Source of the DNA: Octopus vulgaris
Lineage: Eukaryota
Assembly (NCBI GenBank): GCA_951406725.2
Contig: OX597814.1
Span: 161,386,001 to 161,450,000 of the forward strand
DNA length: 64,000 bases
Reading direction: 5' to 3'
Below, in pieces: positions 24,011-37,990 of this stretch. The notes below the pieces were generated by a model. The model was not told the DNA's origin. It ran no database searches and worked only from the letters and a program-made list of their open reading frames with translations. A program made the translations under genes and the position numbers. Position 1 is the first letter of the stretch. Each line of letters begins with the position of its first letter.

Positions 24011-26922
24011 TTATAAATGTGTGTGTGTATATATATGTGTATGTGTATACACACACATGCACACATATATACATATACACATATACATGAAATGTTCAGG
24101 TTGCACATAATTAGCTTAAGTAAATTTTTATTGAAGCTTTTTTGTTTTACATTTTAAAAGATTGAAATAAACTGTTTATTAAGATAGCCTCTTTTGATTG
24201 ATGTTTACTCCTAATATATTTTTGTATTTGTTTGGTTCACTTCTTTTGCTTAGCTTTATTCTTAAACAACTCGGATACTAACCAAATGTTGAGAGTAAAT
24301 AATGAAGACCATTGATATCACATGGTATTCAAATAGTTTCTTGAAATAATTTTTGAGTATTTATATCAGAATGAAATCTGATGATTTATGATTTTTAGTT
24401 GATTTATGATTTTTAGTTGATTTCAACATTGTGTTCATTCATTGTCCCTTTTCATATCTGAAATGATGTTGCATATTTGTTTTCGGTAACTAATTTCAAA
24501 AACCTATTGAAACATTCCTCAATATATATGCTTAGTTGAAATTCAGAGTTAAATTGACCAATGGTATGTGTTCTTTCTTAAGTAAGCTCATGTGAATTCT
24601 CTGTGTCTTGTTTAAGACCTGATTATATGCTGCAAAGAATACCACACTTTTGGGCTTGTAAATTCAGTGCCATTTATGATGATACTCTTAAAATCTCTTT
24701 TGAGGTTACAGTTGCAAGAATATGCAAATCTCACCATAGTTTTAGATGCATTTTGTAGTCCAGTGGTAATTTTTCTTTTTATTTCTCCCAATTGTTTCTT
24801 TCCTTCTTGTGGTTAATTTCCTTAATTGATAATTAATCATACTGAAGACAGTAACTGTTTTTAGCTAACATTTAATATTTATAAAACAAAAGAGTTCAGG
24901 CCCATCATTGTCATCATCGTTTAACATCCACTCTCCATACTGGCTTGGGTTGGATTGTTTGACATGGAGCTGGCTAGCAGGGAACTGTCTGAACTCCAAC
25001 TGTCTGCTATGGTACAGTTTCTTTTGCTGGATGCCCTTCCTAATGCCAACCACTTAACAAAGTGTGCTGGGTGCCTTTTACGTGTCACTATCATGGGTGT
25101 GTTTCATATGCAAGCTAACCCATTTATATGAAATCTTTACAATGTTAAGTAAGTGTTTACTTAACCTGTTTTATGACTCTATACTACTAACATTTTAAAA
25201 TGGTCCTCAGGAACCACAATAGAGGATAACTAAGAATATCTTTGATGTAGTGTTTTCTTAAATTAAATAGATATTTTTATATGTTCTGATGATGATAATG
25301 ATGGTGATGCCAAGTGATTTAAGGTATTTGTCAGTTATATTTGTATATTACTATATATGTGTACAAGTAAAGTTAAGTTTTTTTGCCCACAAATTTACTT
25401 CAGATTTACCTAAACTAACATCAAAGTGGCCAAGAAAAAGTATCTTAAAAAAATGAATAAACATGAAAAACCTTCATGATTACAAAAGAATATTCTGTTA
25501 TCTCGCTGTTTATCTAGAATAGCCACCTATACACACATTAATGTGTGTGATAGTGTTGCATGATGGATTCTTTTGAAGTGATCTTACTAGGTTAAAAGTT
25601 GATAATGTATGCAACCTTGAAATTAACATTTATAGAGCAAATTATTACTATCAATGTTATATGTGCTAAGTGATATTTAAAACATTTTTGATGATTTTTG
25701 TGTCATGTGAAATTATGTATTTTAACACCAGTTGTAAAAACAACTATGTTACATAAATGGTGTGCTTTTTTTTGTGTTATGTTTTGAAATGTTTTGCAAA
25801 TGTTCTGTTTGTCTTGAAGCTTTTCTGTTGGTTAGTTTTTAACATTACTAATGAATAGCATTTTCAAAAGAAATTTTAACAACTGGAAATTACTAACTTT
25901 GATGTTTTGACATTTTGTTTCAACTGTTCAAATATCATTTTAAAAATGATACCTTTTTCGTTGCATTCAAATGAACCACAATAAAGCAAGAATGTAATAT
26001 TTAGAGCTGATTTTTAGATCCTTTCTGAATTCAGTTTTAGATAGAAATGTTTTTGGTCAATAATTTTAATTCAACAACAAAGATAGAGTGATTTTCCCTT
26101 AGTTTGTTAATATCTTGTCAATCCCTGAACTCAGTTTTATGCCAAATTTAAGAAGTCTTGTAGTTAATGCAATTTCTTGTGTTAAATATTTTATCTTTGA
26201 AATTAAATTTTACTGATTTGTCTGATGGCATATTAAAACAAGTGTAAAACTATGTTTTTTTCAGAAAAAAATTAACTACATTTTATGACTTTTAAACCTC
26301 TATTAAGTAAAGCATGAGACATTGTTGTAAGTCCATCTGTTATAATTCAATAACCTTTCTGATGGACCAAGTAAAGTAGAGAAATATTTATTATAGTAAA
26401 ATTTGAAACCAATTGTGGAGGATTTTATCTAATGAGCTTTATATTTTTAAACTGCACTTTTTATGTTGCAAATTTTGACTGAACATTATTAACTTTTAGG
26501 TCAATAATATGTTGTGTTTAGTAATGGGGGATTCTATGTGCAGTCACCCAATTTGCTAGAAAGAGTGACCAAATTTTCCTTAAATTACATTTTTCATCAC
26601 ATAATATCTGGTCTTGAAAATGGGAAAATATTAAGTAATGTGATTCTAGATACATTATTTTTTTGATGGGGAAAAAATGAGAAAATGATAGAATGGTTAT
26701 GGCAGGAATTCCTTTGGGTATAGGTTTGCTCAACCAGAGCTGACTAGAGGTTAAACAATAGCTTGTTTTAAAAGTGAAAACTACTTATTATATCCTTAAC
26801 ATCATGTTAAAAGTTTGAAGTTTATTATTATAAAATGATTCACCCCAACTTCTTTTTGAAAGAAAAGCATATTTCTTTGTGAACATCTTAATCATTATAA
26901 ACTAGCTGTATGATTGAATATA

Positions 26923-27227
26923 CATCTATCCTCATTTATCATGGTGGTTTGGTTCCAAAAAAACACCATGTTAAATAAATAACACATGGGGAAAACAGTC
27001 TTTAAACACGCATAATGATACTGTTTCATAGTTGGAATAATATTTAGAGTAAAATTTAATAATATATGATTAATAAATAATAATAATAAATTAGCTGAAA
27101 AATGTCATTACTGACTTGTATTATCACAGATCAATTTGTAATAAGCACAACATAGTTCACAATTGGCTGTATCATGATATCCCAGATCAGTGATGAATGA
27201 ATTGGTGATAAATGATGAGGATAGATG
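26923..27227. mobile_element. Tigger/pogo-like MITE
   Basis: TIR CATCTATCCTCAT(CAT)TTATCA at both ends, TA flanks. Confidence 0.75.
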
Positions 27228-29613
27228 TACTGTCAAAAATGTTATTTTACATGGAGATACACCAAGTAGAGAAATGTGTATTTTATAGTAAAGTTTGAAA
27301 TTGTGACCATAGAGATTTTGCTTACTTAAATGCTCATATTAACCACTTTTATAAATATTATTTCATTTGTGTTAGGAAATAAAGAAAAAAGTCTTATAAA
27401 TTATGTTTTTGTGTGACTTTGCTATTGATTAATTCATTCCGTTTTATGTCTTTGTTTTGGTGAACAACTGTTAAACTCTCAAATATTAAGATTGAATTTA
27501 CTTTTTAGAAACCAAATAACTTGACCAAATAAGATTATAATAGATGTTACTTTTCATTAGAAACTCTGTTTTGAGTAGACTATCTAAAAAAAATTTATTA
27601 AAAAATTTTATTTTGTACTGATTGGTTCAAGTTTACATTTCTATTGGACAATTTTTATTAGTAGAAATTACTGTGTTGGAGTAGAAAGTATGTTCTGTAT
27701 ATTGGGAAGAATTCTGTGTAGAATTTCAGTAATTTAACTTTTCAAAATTGGTATCAAGGTATTCAGTGCCATAAGGCAGCCCAACAATGGGTACCCCCTT
27801 CAACTAGTTGTGACTGTTAACAGGATATGGCTGGAGAATAGCTTATAATATATAGTGAGCAATATTGTATCACATTTTTTGTCTTTTCTGGCACTGCCAA
27901 ATAGTGCAGTGTTGGCCTTGATTACGTTTTACCAATGTCATCAGTATCTTTTATGGACTATCTTAGTAAACTTTTAATATATAGTGCTCATTTTTTGTTG
28001 GAACTAAGACAGCTGTTAGAATGTTTCTATTTTCCAATTTGACTACACTACATTTTATCATTGGTCTGAAATGGCAACACTCTTTCGATATCACAAAATA
28101 TTAAGTGTACGAATGAGTGATTGTATGATCATATACTGGTAGTTTTCAATATAGAAAACTATCTTGAAATATAACAAGTATTAATTACTGCTTCTAATAA
28201 GAAGCAGTTTCTGTATTGTTCATTGACCTGTTCACTGACACAGCCAAATCTCTCTCTTCCATCACATAACATCTGGTCTTGAATTTGTAGGGTAGTATAG
28301 CTTACAGTAAGGACAACATGAATATTGAGTTACACACTGGTATTTAAGGGTATCTCAAACTGACATGGGCTATTTCATATTCTATACTTGTAGCTAGCTT
28401 CTAATTTTTCAGTTGTCTGTCTACTACTGTACCAAGTGAAGCTAATTAAACAACAGTATGTATTATATTATTATACAAAAATGTCAAAAGTGGATAAATA
28501 GTTGAAAATTTATTGTAAAGATATATTTGGATGATTAATTAGCTAACTTATGAAGAAAAATTTAAACAAATTACCATATTTTATCAATACTGGAGAGTAT
28601 ATCAAGACATGATTTTAGGCAAATGATTGTAAAAGGCAAGACCAGTGTCAGTTATCAGTTGCTGTTGAAGTTCATCGTAATACATTGTATATTTTTACAT
28701 TGATTAGAAAATGTTTATTTTAAAGTTGTTGAGCCTGAATGTTTGTATCTGTTAAAAGATAGGTAGATGAGAGCTAGAATTCTGTAGAACATATACCAGT
28801 TTTAGAATAAATAAACAAATGGTAAATTTTCAGCTTAAGAATTGTAATTTTGAATTACATAAACTATTAAAAGTATGATGTAAATATTTTAATTGTAATA
28901 ATTTTTTACTATTGTTAGTTTTAATTATAACATGTTCCATTTTAGCATTATATTAATTTTTTTCTTATTATGCTGAGATCGCAAATTCAAAAACATTCGC
29001 ATGGATATATGACAAAGATTTTTCTTTTACAATGTGTCTTTCCTAATGCTTATCACTAAGCTATACTATGGGCATATTACTTAATTTTTTTAGCTATGTA
29101 GATGCAAACAAATATAGTTATCCATTTATAGTGCTTAAAGCAACATTCCATGTGTGTGGTCTATTTTAGGTTTCTAGAATGTTTAATTAATTGAATGTTG
29201 GTTTCTTATCACCAGTTAAAATGATTCTTAAATATTGTAACCAGCTTCGTTTTCTAAATTACAAGATGTTTTCTAGATTAAAATTGATTTTATTTTTAAA
29301 AGCATGAGATTGAATATTCTGAATATTAGACTATAAACCTAATGGATTTTTTAAAATTATATTTTTGAATTCATTAGGTTTGACTACATTTAAATTAATC
29401 AACTAATCTGAGTCGAATAACAACCAGTAATAAGTTGTTAATTAGTCTATTTCCCCTCAGATATATTAATTTTTCCTATATGTTGTAGTAATTTGGTTTA
29501 ACTTCGTAGTTCCAGTTATATAGTAATTTATTTTAATAAAAAAATGCAACAAAGCATTCATTGAAATTTGTAAACATACTTTAATATTCCTTTGTTATTG
29601 TTGCAACTCTCAG

Positions 29614-29867
29614 GTTGTCAGCTCTTAAGAAGAGTGGTGAAAACGATTGGAAGAAGCGAGTCTACAAACCAAGTGATAGTCCCAGTTCTAGCCCGGATAG
29701 AGAAATGATTAAAGCAAGGTCCCCTAGTCCTTTTAGTACACCAGTTCGGCCTATTAATCTTTCTGAAAGAATGTCTCAGTTAAAATCTTCACAGACATCA
29801 TGGAAGACTAGAGTTGAAGAGAGTGATGCCCAGTTATTTACTGTTGCAGGCAAGCTGAGTAAATCAG
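29614..29867 (+). CDS. SVIL: Supervillin exon 3
   Basis: ctctcag|...G|gtgagt. Encodes RLSALKKSGENDWKKR...SQTSWKTRVEESDAQLFTVAGK, conserved supervillin motifs. Confidence 0.93.
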
Positions 29868-30913
29868 GTGAGTTAAAGATATGTGAGAGGCTTTTCTTCT
29901 TTTTTCTTTCTGATAATAACTATTATTCTTTGCATGAGCAACTCATAATAAAATATTTTTGTAACAAAATTCATCACTTTAATCTGGAAACCTTTTGAAA
30001 ATCTTCAGCTAAAACTTTTAGACTTAAATTGTTCAATGTTTCAATAGCTTTATTTTTGTAAGCTATGGTAATTGTGTTTAGTTTTCTACTCAGTGCCCCT
30101 GCAGTTCTTGTCTACTTTCAAATTCTATTTCTTATATGTCAACAGTTTTATGTCCTTATCATTTAACATCCGTTTTCTATGCTGGCATGGGTTGGACAGC
30201 TTTGCAGGAACTGGCAATGCCAGGGGCAGCACCAGGTTCCATAGTTTTATAGTTACAGCTTTAATAGAAATAGGGGGGGTAGGTGGGTGTAGGATAAAAA
30301 GAGACATTTTAGTTTCCAAGTGTTGGCCTTATTTTTGTAACTTAAACCTGATTTCCTTCCAGAAAAATTAACCTCATATGCCTCTGTTTAAATCACATTC
30401 ATTTATTGAGTTATATATTTTTTAATAGGCAGCATTAATTAAACTTGAATTTAAACTAAACTCTTCTGAGACCTTTTCTTAGTTTCAGTTTCTCTTGTGT
30501 TAAACATATAAAAATAAATCTCTCTCAGGGTAGGTTAATCTAGCACAAATATCTTATATTGCATGAGAGGATTTGAATTCAAAATACAATTCAAGAATGT
30601 AACAAAATTATCTGTATAATGTCTACAACCATCACAGGTGAATTATAACATGCACAACATTTACTTAGAGGAAAGTAGATACAGCTATTGGAAGATAAGT
30701 GTTTTTGTCAAAAACATAAGACAGTTTGATATGGGCTTCAAATTTCTTGACTGAATGTCCTGTATATAATGTGCACTTTGCATTATTTGTAACAATGCTA
30801 AATTTATTATTTTACAAGCCTGTGTATTATTGGAATATCTTTTGTAAAATATTTTTGTCTTTTTAGGTTTACACTTTTTATATCAAATTGACATTTATTC
30901 TTTCTATGTTTAG

Positions 30914-30970
30914 GTTGCGTCGTTAGAGAGAAGACTGTTTTGGCTCAAATCAAGCAGAGATCATTCACAG
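30914..30970 (+). CDS. SVIL: Supervillin exon 4 (57 nt, symmetric)
   Basis: gtttag|...CAG|gtaagt, phase 1-1, open frame GCVVREKTVLAQIKQRSFT. Confidence 0.75.
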
Positions 30971-31798
30971 GTAAGTTACTTCTTTTGACATCAATTGTGA
31001 AGAAGTAGAGTTAAATCATATATAATTTTTCATTGTTTCTAGTTACTAGGATTTAAAGAAAGAGTTGTTAACCACAGAGATCTACTTGGAAATAGAGAAA
31101 GTCAAAGCAAATTTTTTATAAACTGATATTAGATTTCGAAAGTATAAGTTGTATTTTGATGTAACCACAATTATTGTTCATCTCTTGGGTCAGAAATTTG
31201 CTGCCAAATTGCTTCATCACAACATATGCGAAAAAATTCTTACTCCACTCTCTATTGTATCTATTTTCCTCCTCTGCATTAGTAATCCTTCTGTCACTTC
31301 TAATACACATTCATCTGCATATGGTACTACTCTTCTTTCCTCCTTTCTACCTGCAGTTTGCTATCCTTTCAGAAACCTCAAAAACATCCGACAAAACAGC
31401 TGGTCATATCTTAATCTCCTTCAATAGCACCAAAATACAGTCACTACATATGTGAAGGAAACAATATCAACACCATATTTATTAACAAAATACAGCTAAA
31501 ACCTTTAAGCTAGCTGTAAGTTCTAGATCTCACACCACTGATGATCTGTTGTGATCATCTCAAATATAAAACTGCATGCTAAAAACTAAACTTCTTTAGA
31601 GGTAGAAAATACTTCAGGCCTCTCACTAATCAGTTACTAAGCCTTTGCAAAACACAAATATGACTCATTTTTTGTAAGAATAAAATATTTATTGTAATAT
31701 TTTAAGTTTAAAGTAGGTTTTACTTAATGATATTCTGAATTAAATATGAATGTGATATTTTATTTCAAGATTATCATGCAATTTTTTTCCCTTCCTAG

Positions 31799-31888
31799 AA
31801 TCAGATGAATCTGGTGGTTTAATTTCACCCACCTCACCAACAAAGACAGACTGGAAAATTCCAAAACCTACAGAAATTATTTCATCTG
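31799..31888 (+). CDS. SVIL: Supervillin exon 5 (90 nt, symmetric)
   Basis: Strong polypyrimidine tract + tag, donor G|gtaata, phase 1-1, ESDESGGLISPTSPTKTDWKIPKPTEIISS. Confidence 0.78.
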
Positions 31889-32621
31889 GTAATAGAATTT
31901 TTCAGAATTTTATCTATTTTTATTTTGTATTTTTGTTATGATAATAAATTTGTCAACGGAGGAAGCACTCCTTTTTGACTTCTTTCCACCCTTGACATTG
32001 TAACCACTAATGTTATCTCTAAGTCCATCTCTGGCACTAATTATATCAAGAATGTAGTGACCATTTCTACATTTGAGAAGTCCTTGGTCTTTAATTTATG
32101 GCAGCTTTTACTATTAAGTTACTTTAGTACATTTGAAGTTCTGGTTTCCTGTCGATTCTGAAAGCTGTTCTACTCCTTATATACATCAGTTATACATTGT
32201 TGAGTTTCTTTTTCCTTTTCTGCAATGTAAACAATGTTATTTCTCAGTTACTTCTGATTTTTTATCAGTACTTAATCTTATTCTCAGTAACCTCCATATT
32301 TTTTGAGTGCCTTTCATCTTTTCTAGTTTCAAATTTAAGTATTTTTGTTCACAATGCTATTCAAGTTGTTGGCATATATAAAATGTTCTCATTGACATTC
32401 AGTCTTTAACCACCCTGTAAGAGTAGAGGGCCGATCCTGATCTTGTTTTTAGCCTCATCATGCACGGACTAATTTTCTCCAGATTTAGAACATCTTGTTT
32501 GAAGATGTTTGTCTGCATACAAAATGTAAACTGTCAGAGATATAATGTATATTGCAGTGAATTATATGTAGCAAATTAAGGGGACCTACAGTTAAGTGGT
32601 GAATAGGAGAATCCTTTAGAA

Positions 32622-32861
32622 TATTGGTTTTCAACCATTTTTTGCCTATGAACCCCTTTGATTCCTCTTCTCCTCTGCTGGATTTTCATAGCCATTCGAT
32701 GTGTATATAAAAACATCCCCTACTGCATTTTTATAATCAAATATTGTTAGGAATTGTATAAAGAAATTAAAATATTTTGCGTATTGTAGAAGTATAAGCA
32801 ATTTATTGCACATAAATTTTAACAAGAAAAATCTTATATGGACCCTGGTTGAGAACCCTTG
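32622..32861. mobile_element. hAT (Charlie-like) MITE
   Basis: Ends tattggttttcaacc / ggttgagaacccttg. 8-bp TSD ctttagaa / ctttataa (7/8). Confidence 0.75.
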
Positions 32862-33636
32862 CTTTATAAATTAGGTTGAAAGGAAGACTGAAAATAAGTA
32901 AATTGTAAAAATAGCTGTCTGTGCATTGGAAACATTGACTGGAGAAATGAATATACTGTAGAAACACCAGAAGAAAAAGTGCTGGGATTAATTAGTAGCT
33001 GTTCATAAGAAGATTTAACTTAAATCTGAGATCATTAAGCTGCACAGAAGGTACATTGTGCAAGGCGAGATTGTAAATCTAACCAAAATGTATTGTACAT
33101 GAAGTCAATATACATTAATGGGGGAGGTTAAACAGTGATAAATAAAAGGCATAAGATTGAATGTCTACAGGAATTTTCTGCACTGAAATGATCTAGAATG
33201 TAAGTTATGTTTCAGCAATTTTAAATGCTAATAAGATACTATTAAACTGGTCAAAAACATAGGATAGAGTATATACTTTAAATAGTTTGACATTAAAACA
33301 TGTTTGCCATTAGGAAGTTAAGGGAGTTGGAATCTTGTGGTATCTATGTAATTCCCTAACCAGTTTAAAAAGGTTACAAGTTAAATATGAAAAATACTTT
33401 AATAATCAAGGTCATTATAAATTTGTTCCATTAATTACAATTTCTCCCTAATGACAGTCAATTAGTTTCTAAGAACATGAAGCACTTCACTGAATGTTTT
33501 TCTTCCGCTTGTTTTGTTTTCCTTTTCTCTGTCTGTAATGAATCTAGGTCAGTTGACTACTTTTGGTGTGTTCTCCAAAATGACACCACTACAGATAAAG
33601 ATAAGAAGTTGAGAGACAGAATCAAAACAGTGCAGC

Positions 33637-33683
<47 letters not shown>

Positions 33684-34154
33684 TTACTCACATTCTGGAA
33701 CACCCACAAAAGAATGCAGGAACTTTTTTTTATCTCAGAGCTTATTTTTATAATAACTATATACAGAGAGAAATGGTTTTGTTTTTTTTAACATTAGAAA
33801 ACTAATTAATTAGCAGATAATAAAGCATTTTCATAATTGTGTGTGTGTGTATATGCATACCTATATATAAGTATGTGTGTGTATCTGCATTTGTGTACGT
33901 ATATTTCATCATCATTGTTTAATGTCCATATTTCCATGCTTGCATGAGTCAAACAGAGTTTATTGAGGCAGATTTTCTATAGCCAGATGCCTTTCCTGTT
34001 GTCAACCCTCACCTGTTTCCAAGTGGAGTTATTTTTCTCCATGGTCAGAATATGCAGAGTATTTGAAATGAATGACATTTACAACTATCATGTGATGTCA
34101 AGGCAAGGAGACATAAACATGCACAAATGTACACATACACATGCATATTGATAA

Positions 34155-34312
34155 GATGGCTTTCTTTCAGTTTCTGTTTACCAAATCTACTAAGACGGCT
34201 TTTGGCCCACGGTTATAGTAGAAGACACTTGCCCAAAGTGCCATGCAATGGGATAGAATCTGTAACTATGTGGCTGGGAAGTAAACTCCTTAATTACACA
34301 GCCACACCTGTG
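34155..34312 (-). mobile_element. SINE family A 5' half
   Basis: Collinear with 1672-1832. Confidence 0.75.
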
Positions 34313-34779
34313 TATGTGTGTGTGTATTTAGTTATATATATTATATGTATGTGTATATATATGTGTGTGTGTGTGTATTTGCATGTACATGTGTATATTG
34401 CTTGGAAACAGGTAAGAGTATGCAATAGTATGGGCATTTGACTACAGAAAAACTAGCCACAACAAATTCTGCCTGCTCCATTCTAGTAAGGGAGAGTGGA
34501 CATTAAAATGATGATAATGTGTGTGAATTTGAATTTCAAAAATAAGAAAATAATCTTTAGTAGCTTTTGGTGCATATGGTTAACAAGGACATTGTGAAGA
34601 ATCATTTGCAAAGTATCTTAAATCACTTGTTTCCAAATAAAGATTAAATTAAAAATTGTTTTCAATTCAGTATTTATACATGTTCTAAACAATACACACA
34701 TTCACATCCACACCACAAAGCTTAGCAAAATATTGTATTTTTGTGTTTATTCTTGACTAATTCTAATTTTTATTACCAG

Positions 34780-34960
34780 ACAAACACATTGACATCGAGG
34801 AAGAGGAAAAGAATGTCAACTCAGTTGTACACCTACCTGATATGACATCAGAAGGACTTGATCAATTCTTTGGTTGCAGTACCAATGTTTTAGATGAAAC
34901 TGAGACCTTAGATTTAAATGTTGAAGATTTTGATGCAATATTTAAAGATTCACAGAAATT
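34780..34960 (+). CDS. SVIL: Supervillin exon 6
   Basis: accag|...|gtaagt, phase 1-2, ...GLDQFF...LDLNVEDFDAIF... Confidence 0.9.
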
Positions 34961-35219
34961 GTAAGTAAAACAATTTTTACAGTAACTGATTTATTTATAT
35001 CATTATTCATTATATCATTTTGTTGAAATATGAAAAGGTAGATTAATCAGGAAATATAAATTCGATTTGATTGAAATATGAAAAGATGATTCAGCTTTGA
35101 TCCTTGAAAGATGTTTCGAACATAATTGTTTTTATTGCTTCCTTAACCCTTTAGCACTCAAATTATTCTGTGAAATGTAATGCATATTTATTGCTTATTT
35201 AAAACACTGTTTGAATGTT

Positions 35220-35910
35220 GAGCTTCAGTTGAGCAGTAGTGATAAGTGACTGAGACCTTTGATGATATACTGTGCTTGAGAAGACCTATCAAGCCAAGTG
35301 AGATTGTAGTCATGGCTGATGCTGGTGCTATGAAAAAGTACCCACTACACTCTTGGTGTGGTTGGCATTAGGAAGGGCATCCAGCCATAGAAACCATGTC
35401 AAATCAGATTGGAACCTGGTGCAGCGCCCCAGCTTACCAGTTTTCAGTTGAACGTCTAACCCATGCCAGGTATGACTCTCTCATGTATCACCTGGTTGAC
35501 CATACGGGTGACTTGTCTATAGCCTACACCATCAGATATTTTAAGCATCTCAGTGATTCCTAATGGGCTGGGGGCTTTCCTTGTCTGCATATTATCATCA
35601 TCGTTTAATGTCTGTTTTCCATGTTAGCATGGGTTGGACAGTTTGACTGGGGTCTGGCAAGCCAGGAGGTGCTACTGGCACAGGAGCCAGACTGGTCGAA
35701 GGGGCTGGTATCAATCACGTTCGGATGGTGCTTTTTACATGACACCAGCACTGGATCCAGTCAGATTGGGCTGGCATTGGCCATGTTTGGATGGTGGTTT
35801 ACATGTGCCTCCAGCACAGGAGCCAGTTGGGGCGAGGGTGCTGGCATTGACTATGTTTGGATGGTGCTTTTTACATGTCACAAGCATGGAGAGCCAGTCA
35901 AGCGGCATAG
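35220..35910. mobile_element. Two oppositely oriented RTE 3'-UTR fragments (35220-35470 +, 35593-35910 -)
   Basis: Shared RTE tail motifs (ggaagggcatccagc, aacccatgccag). The second carries ~66-bp repeats. Confidence 0.7.
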
Positions 35911-35942
<32 letters not shown>

Positions 35943-36248
35943 TTGGTGATGTATATTTCTGAAGAATGTAAGCATTGGTGAAAACTAAAAGAAATGTGAT
36001 CTTTCAATGAAATTCTTTGTGATATTTGTTTTGTACTGAAGTGTAGAGCCTCTCTTTTCTCTCTCACTGTCAGAAATGCAATGAACTGATGATTGCTCCA
36101 AGGGAAACATGTAATCATCAGCATAATTGATCACGAATTGGGATATAATATAAAATTAATTATAAATTAAATATAATCTAGACACAATGTTTAGGCTTGA
36201 GCTATGCACTACGCAAATATTTAGTTATGTCATTTTTTTTATTTATAG

Positions 36249-36406
36249 ATTGTTGCACAACACGAAAGCCAGGCCCAAAAAGAATGTACAAGCCCGTAGC
36301 AAGAATCCATTAAAATCACGTTCAGTAAATCTTGAAAAGAAAGAGTACCAAGAATATAAAACAAATATTGCTGAGATGGAAATGAAGAGAATAAAAAAAG
36401 AAATCA
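36249..36406 (+). CDS. SVIL: Supervillin exon 7
   Basis: tatag|...|gtgagt, phase 2-1, KARPKKNVQARSKNPLKSR...EYKTNIAEMEMKRIKKE. Confidence 0.92.
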
Positions 36407-37577
36407 GTGAGTATAACAAAGAGAAGTTACAGTTGTTTAGTCCCAGATGAATGAGACCTTTGATCGAAAGTATTCCAGCTGTGACCATTACATCCTTTTA
36501 TTATGATGTTGGCTGTGATTTGAGAGAAATTTGACTGTTATTCTGTAGCAGATTGAACAATCATATGGAAGCTCCCAAATTAGTTACATTTAGCAGTAAC
36601 AGCAAAATAATATTTAAAGTATATCCTGCAATTAAATTTATTTATTACTCTAATTGCATATTTTAACTTAAAATTTTTAGTTTTACAGCTGCTGTACATT
36701 CACTTTGTGCACTTATTGCTCTGAAATGTATAACTAAATTATTTAGATGTTAAATTAGAAGCAATCAGCAAAAATAATTTAAAGAATATATGAACTTCCT
36801 GAAAGAATATATAAACTCTTTTGCTTGTTTTGGTCATTTGACTGCAGCCTTTCTGAAGCACAACCTAGAAGGGTTTGAGTCAATTATACAGTAAATATAG
36901 CGATTAGGTATTAAAATGACTCCAACAGGGCCAATGTTTCAGCTTTAAAAAACACAATGCGAAACATCTACTTATAAGTTGGCAATTAGTAGAAATTTCC
37001 AATAGTTTAAAAAGCCGAAGATTTTTGCACGGTACTGTATTGATTTCAGTACTAAATTTTTTAAAGTCTGGTACTAATTTAGCAATTTCTATTTTTTGCA
37101 ATAATAAGGTACTTAACATAACTTATAAACATTTTTTTCAGGTTTAACATTTGATGGTACAAAAATTTCTGATGAGAAATTGTTCCACATGAAGATTATA
37201 TTATCATTTTATCAAAACAATATTTGCATTTCTATGTGTGTGTGTATGAGAGAAAGAGAGAGAGAGAGAGCTGGAGTGGCAAGAGGAGAAAATCAATTGG
37301 AAATTTTGTAAATTCATAAAAGTTATGGATTTATAATGACAAAGAAGTAGTTTGCTTTTCAAAACACAAAATGTATATATGGACAAGGACAAAGAATGGG
37401 AAGGCAGTGTTATTAAGTTTTAAAAGAAGATGATGGAATGAAAAGTAAATGGTCTATTTATGCTGAGTTTGAGTGAAAAGCCAACATATTTCATAATGTA
37501 AAATATTACAGATAAATTGTTATAGTATTAAAAATATTTACACACTATTGAATCTCTTATTGTCATTTTGTTTTCAG

Positions 37578-37736
37578 TTAGTAAGGATGCTGGATTTGCA
37601 GAAGCAGCTTTAGCTGGACTTGCCAGCAAAGAGAACTTTTCTAAAATTGAACTAAGAAAAACTGATACTTCAAACCCATCTCCTGGAACCAACCGCTATC
37701 TACCATACAAACCAATTATGTTATTCCAGATTAAAG
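37578..37736 (+). CDS. SVIL: Supervillin exon 8
   Basis: ttttcag|...G|gttaga. Encodes AEAALAGLASKENFSKIELRK...LPYKPIMLFQIK, a supervillin signature. Confidence 0.96.
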
Positions 37737-37772
37737 GTTAGAAATGCTATTTTAATATTACCAGTTTCTTTA

Positions 37773-37990
37773 GGCAGTAAGCTGGCAGAATTGTTATCAT
37801 GTTGGACAAAATGCTTTGCAGCATTTCACCTATCTTTACATTCTGAGTTCAAATTCCGCTGAGGTCAACTTTGCCTTTCATCCTTTCAGGGTTGATAAAA
37901 TAAGTACCAGTTGAACACTGGGGTTGATGTAATCAACCTACTCCTCCCCCAAAATTGCTGGCCTTGTGCCAAAACTTGAAAGCAATATTA
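37773..37990 (+). mobile_element. SINE family B, full length
   Basis: GGCAGTAAGCTGGCAGAAT...TTCTGAGTTCAAATTCC...ggccttgtgccaaaacttgaa. Confidence 0.85.

Noticed and set aside
22531-27870. Other AG-flanked candidate microexons in intron 2 (~22532, ~24254, ~25405, ~27824)
   Set aside because: Each hits an in-frame stop in the required phase or lacks a credible donor.
31950-33400. Possible old CR1/L2 LINE remnants
   Set aside because: Only faint peptide resemblance by eye, so boundaries and family cannot be supported without a search.
36243-36488. Antisense 81-aa hydrophobic ORF
   Set aside because: Shadow of the A-rich supervillin exon 7.
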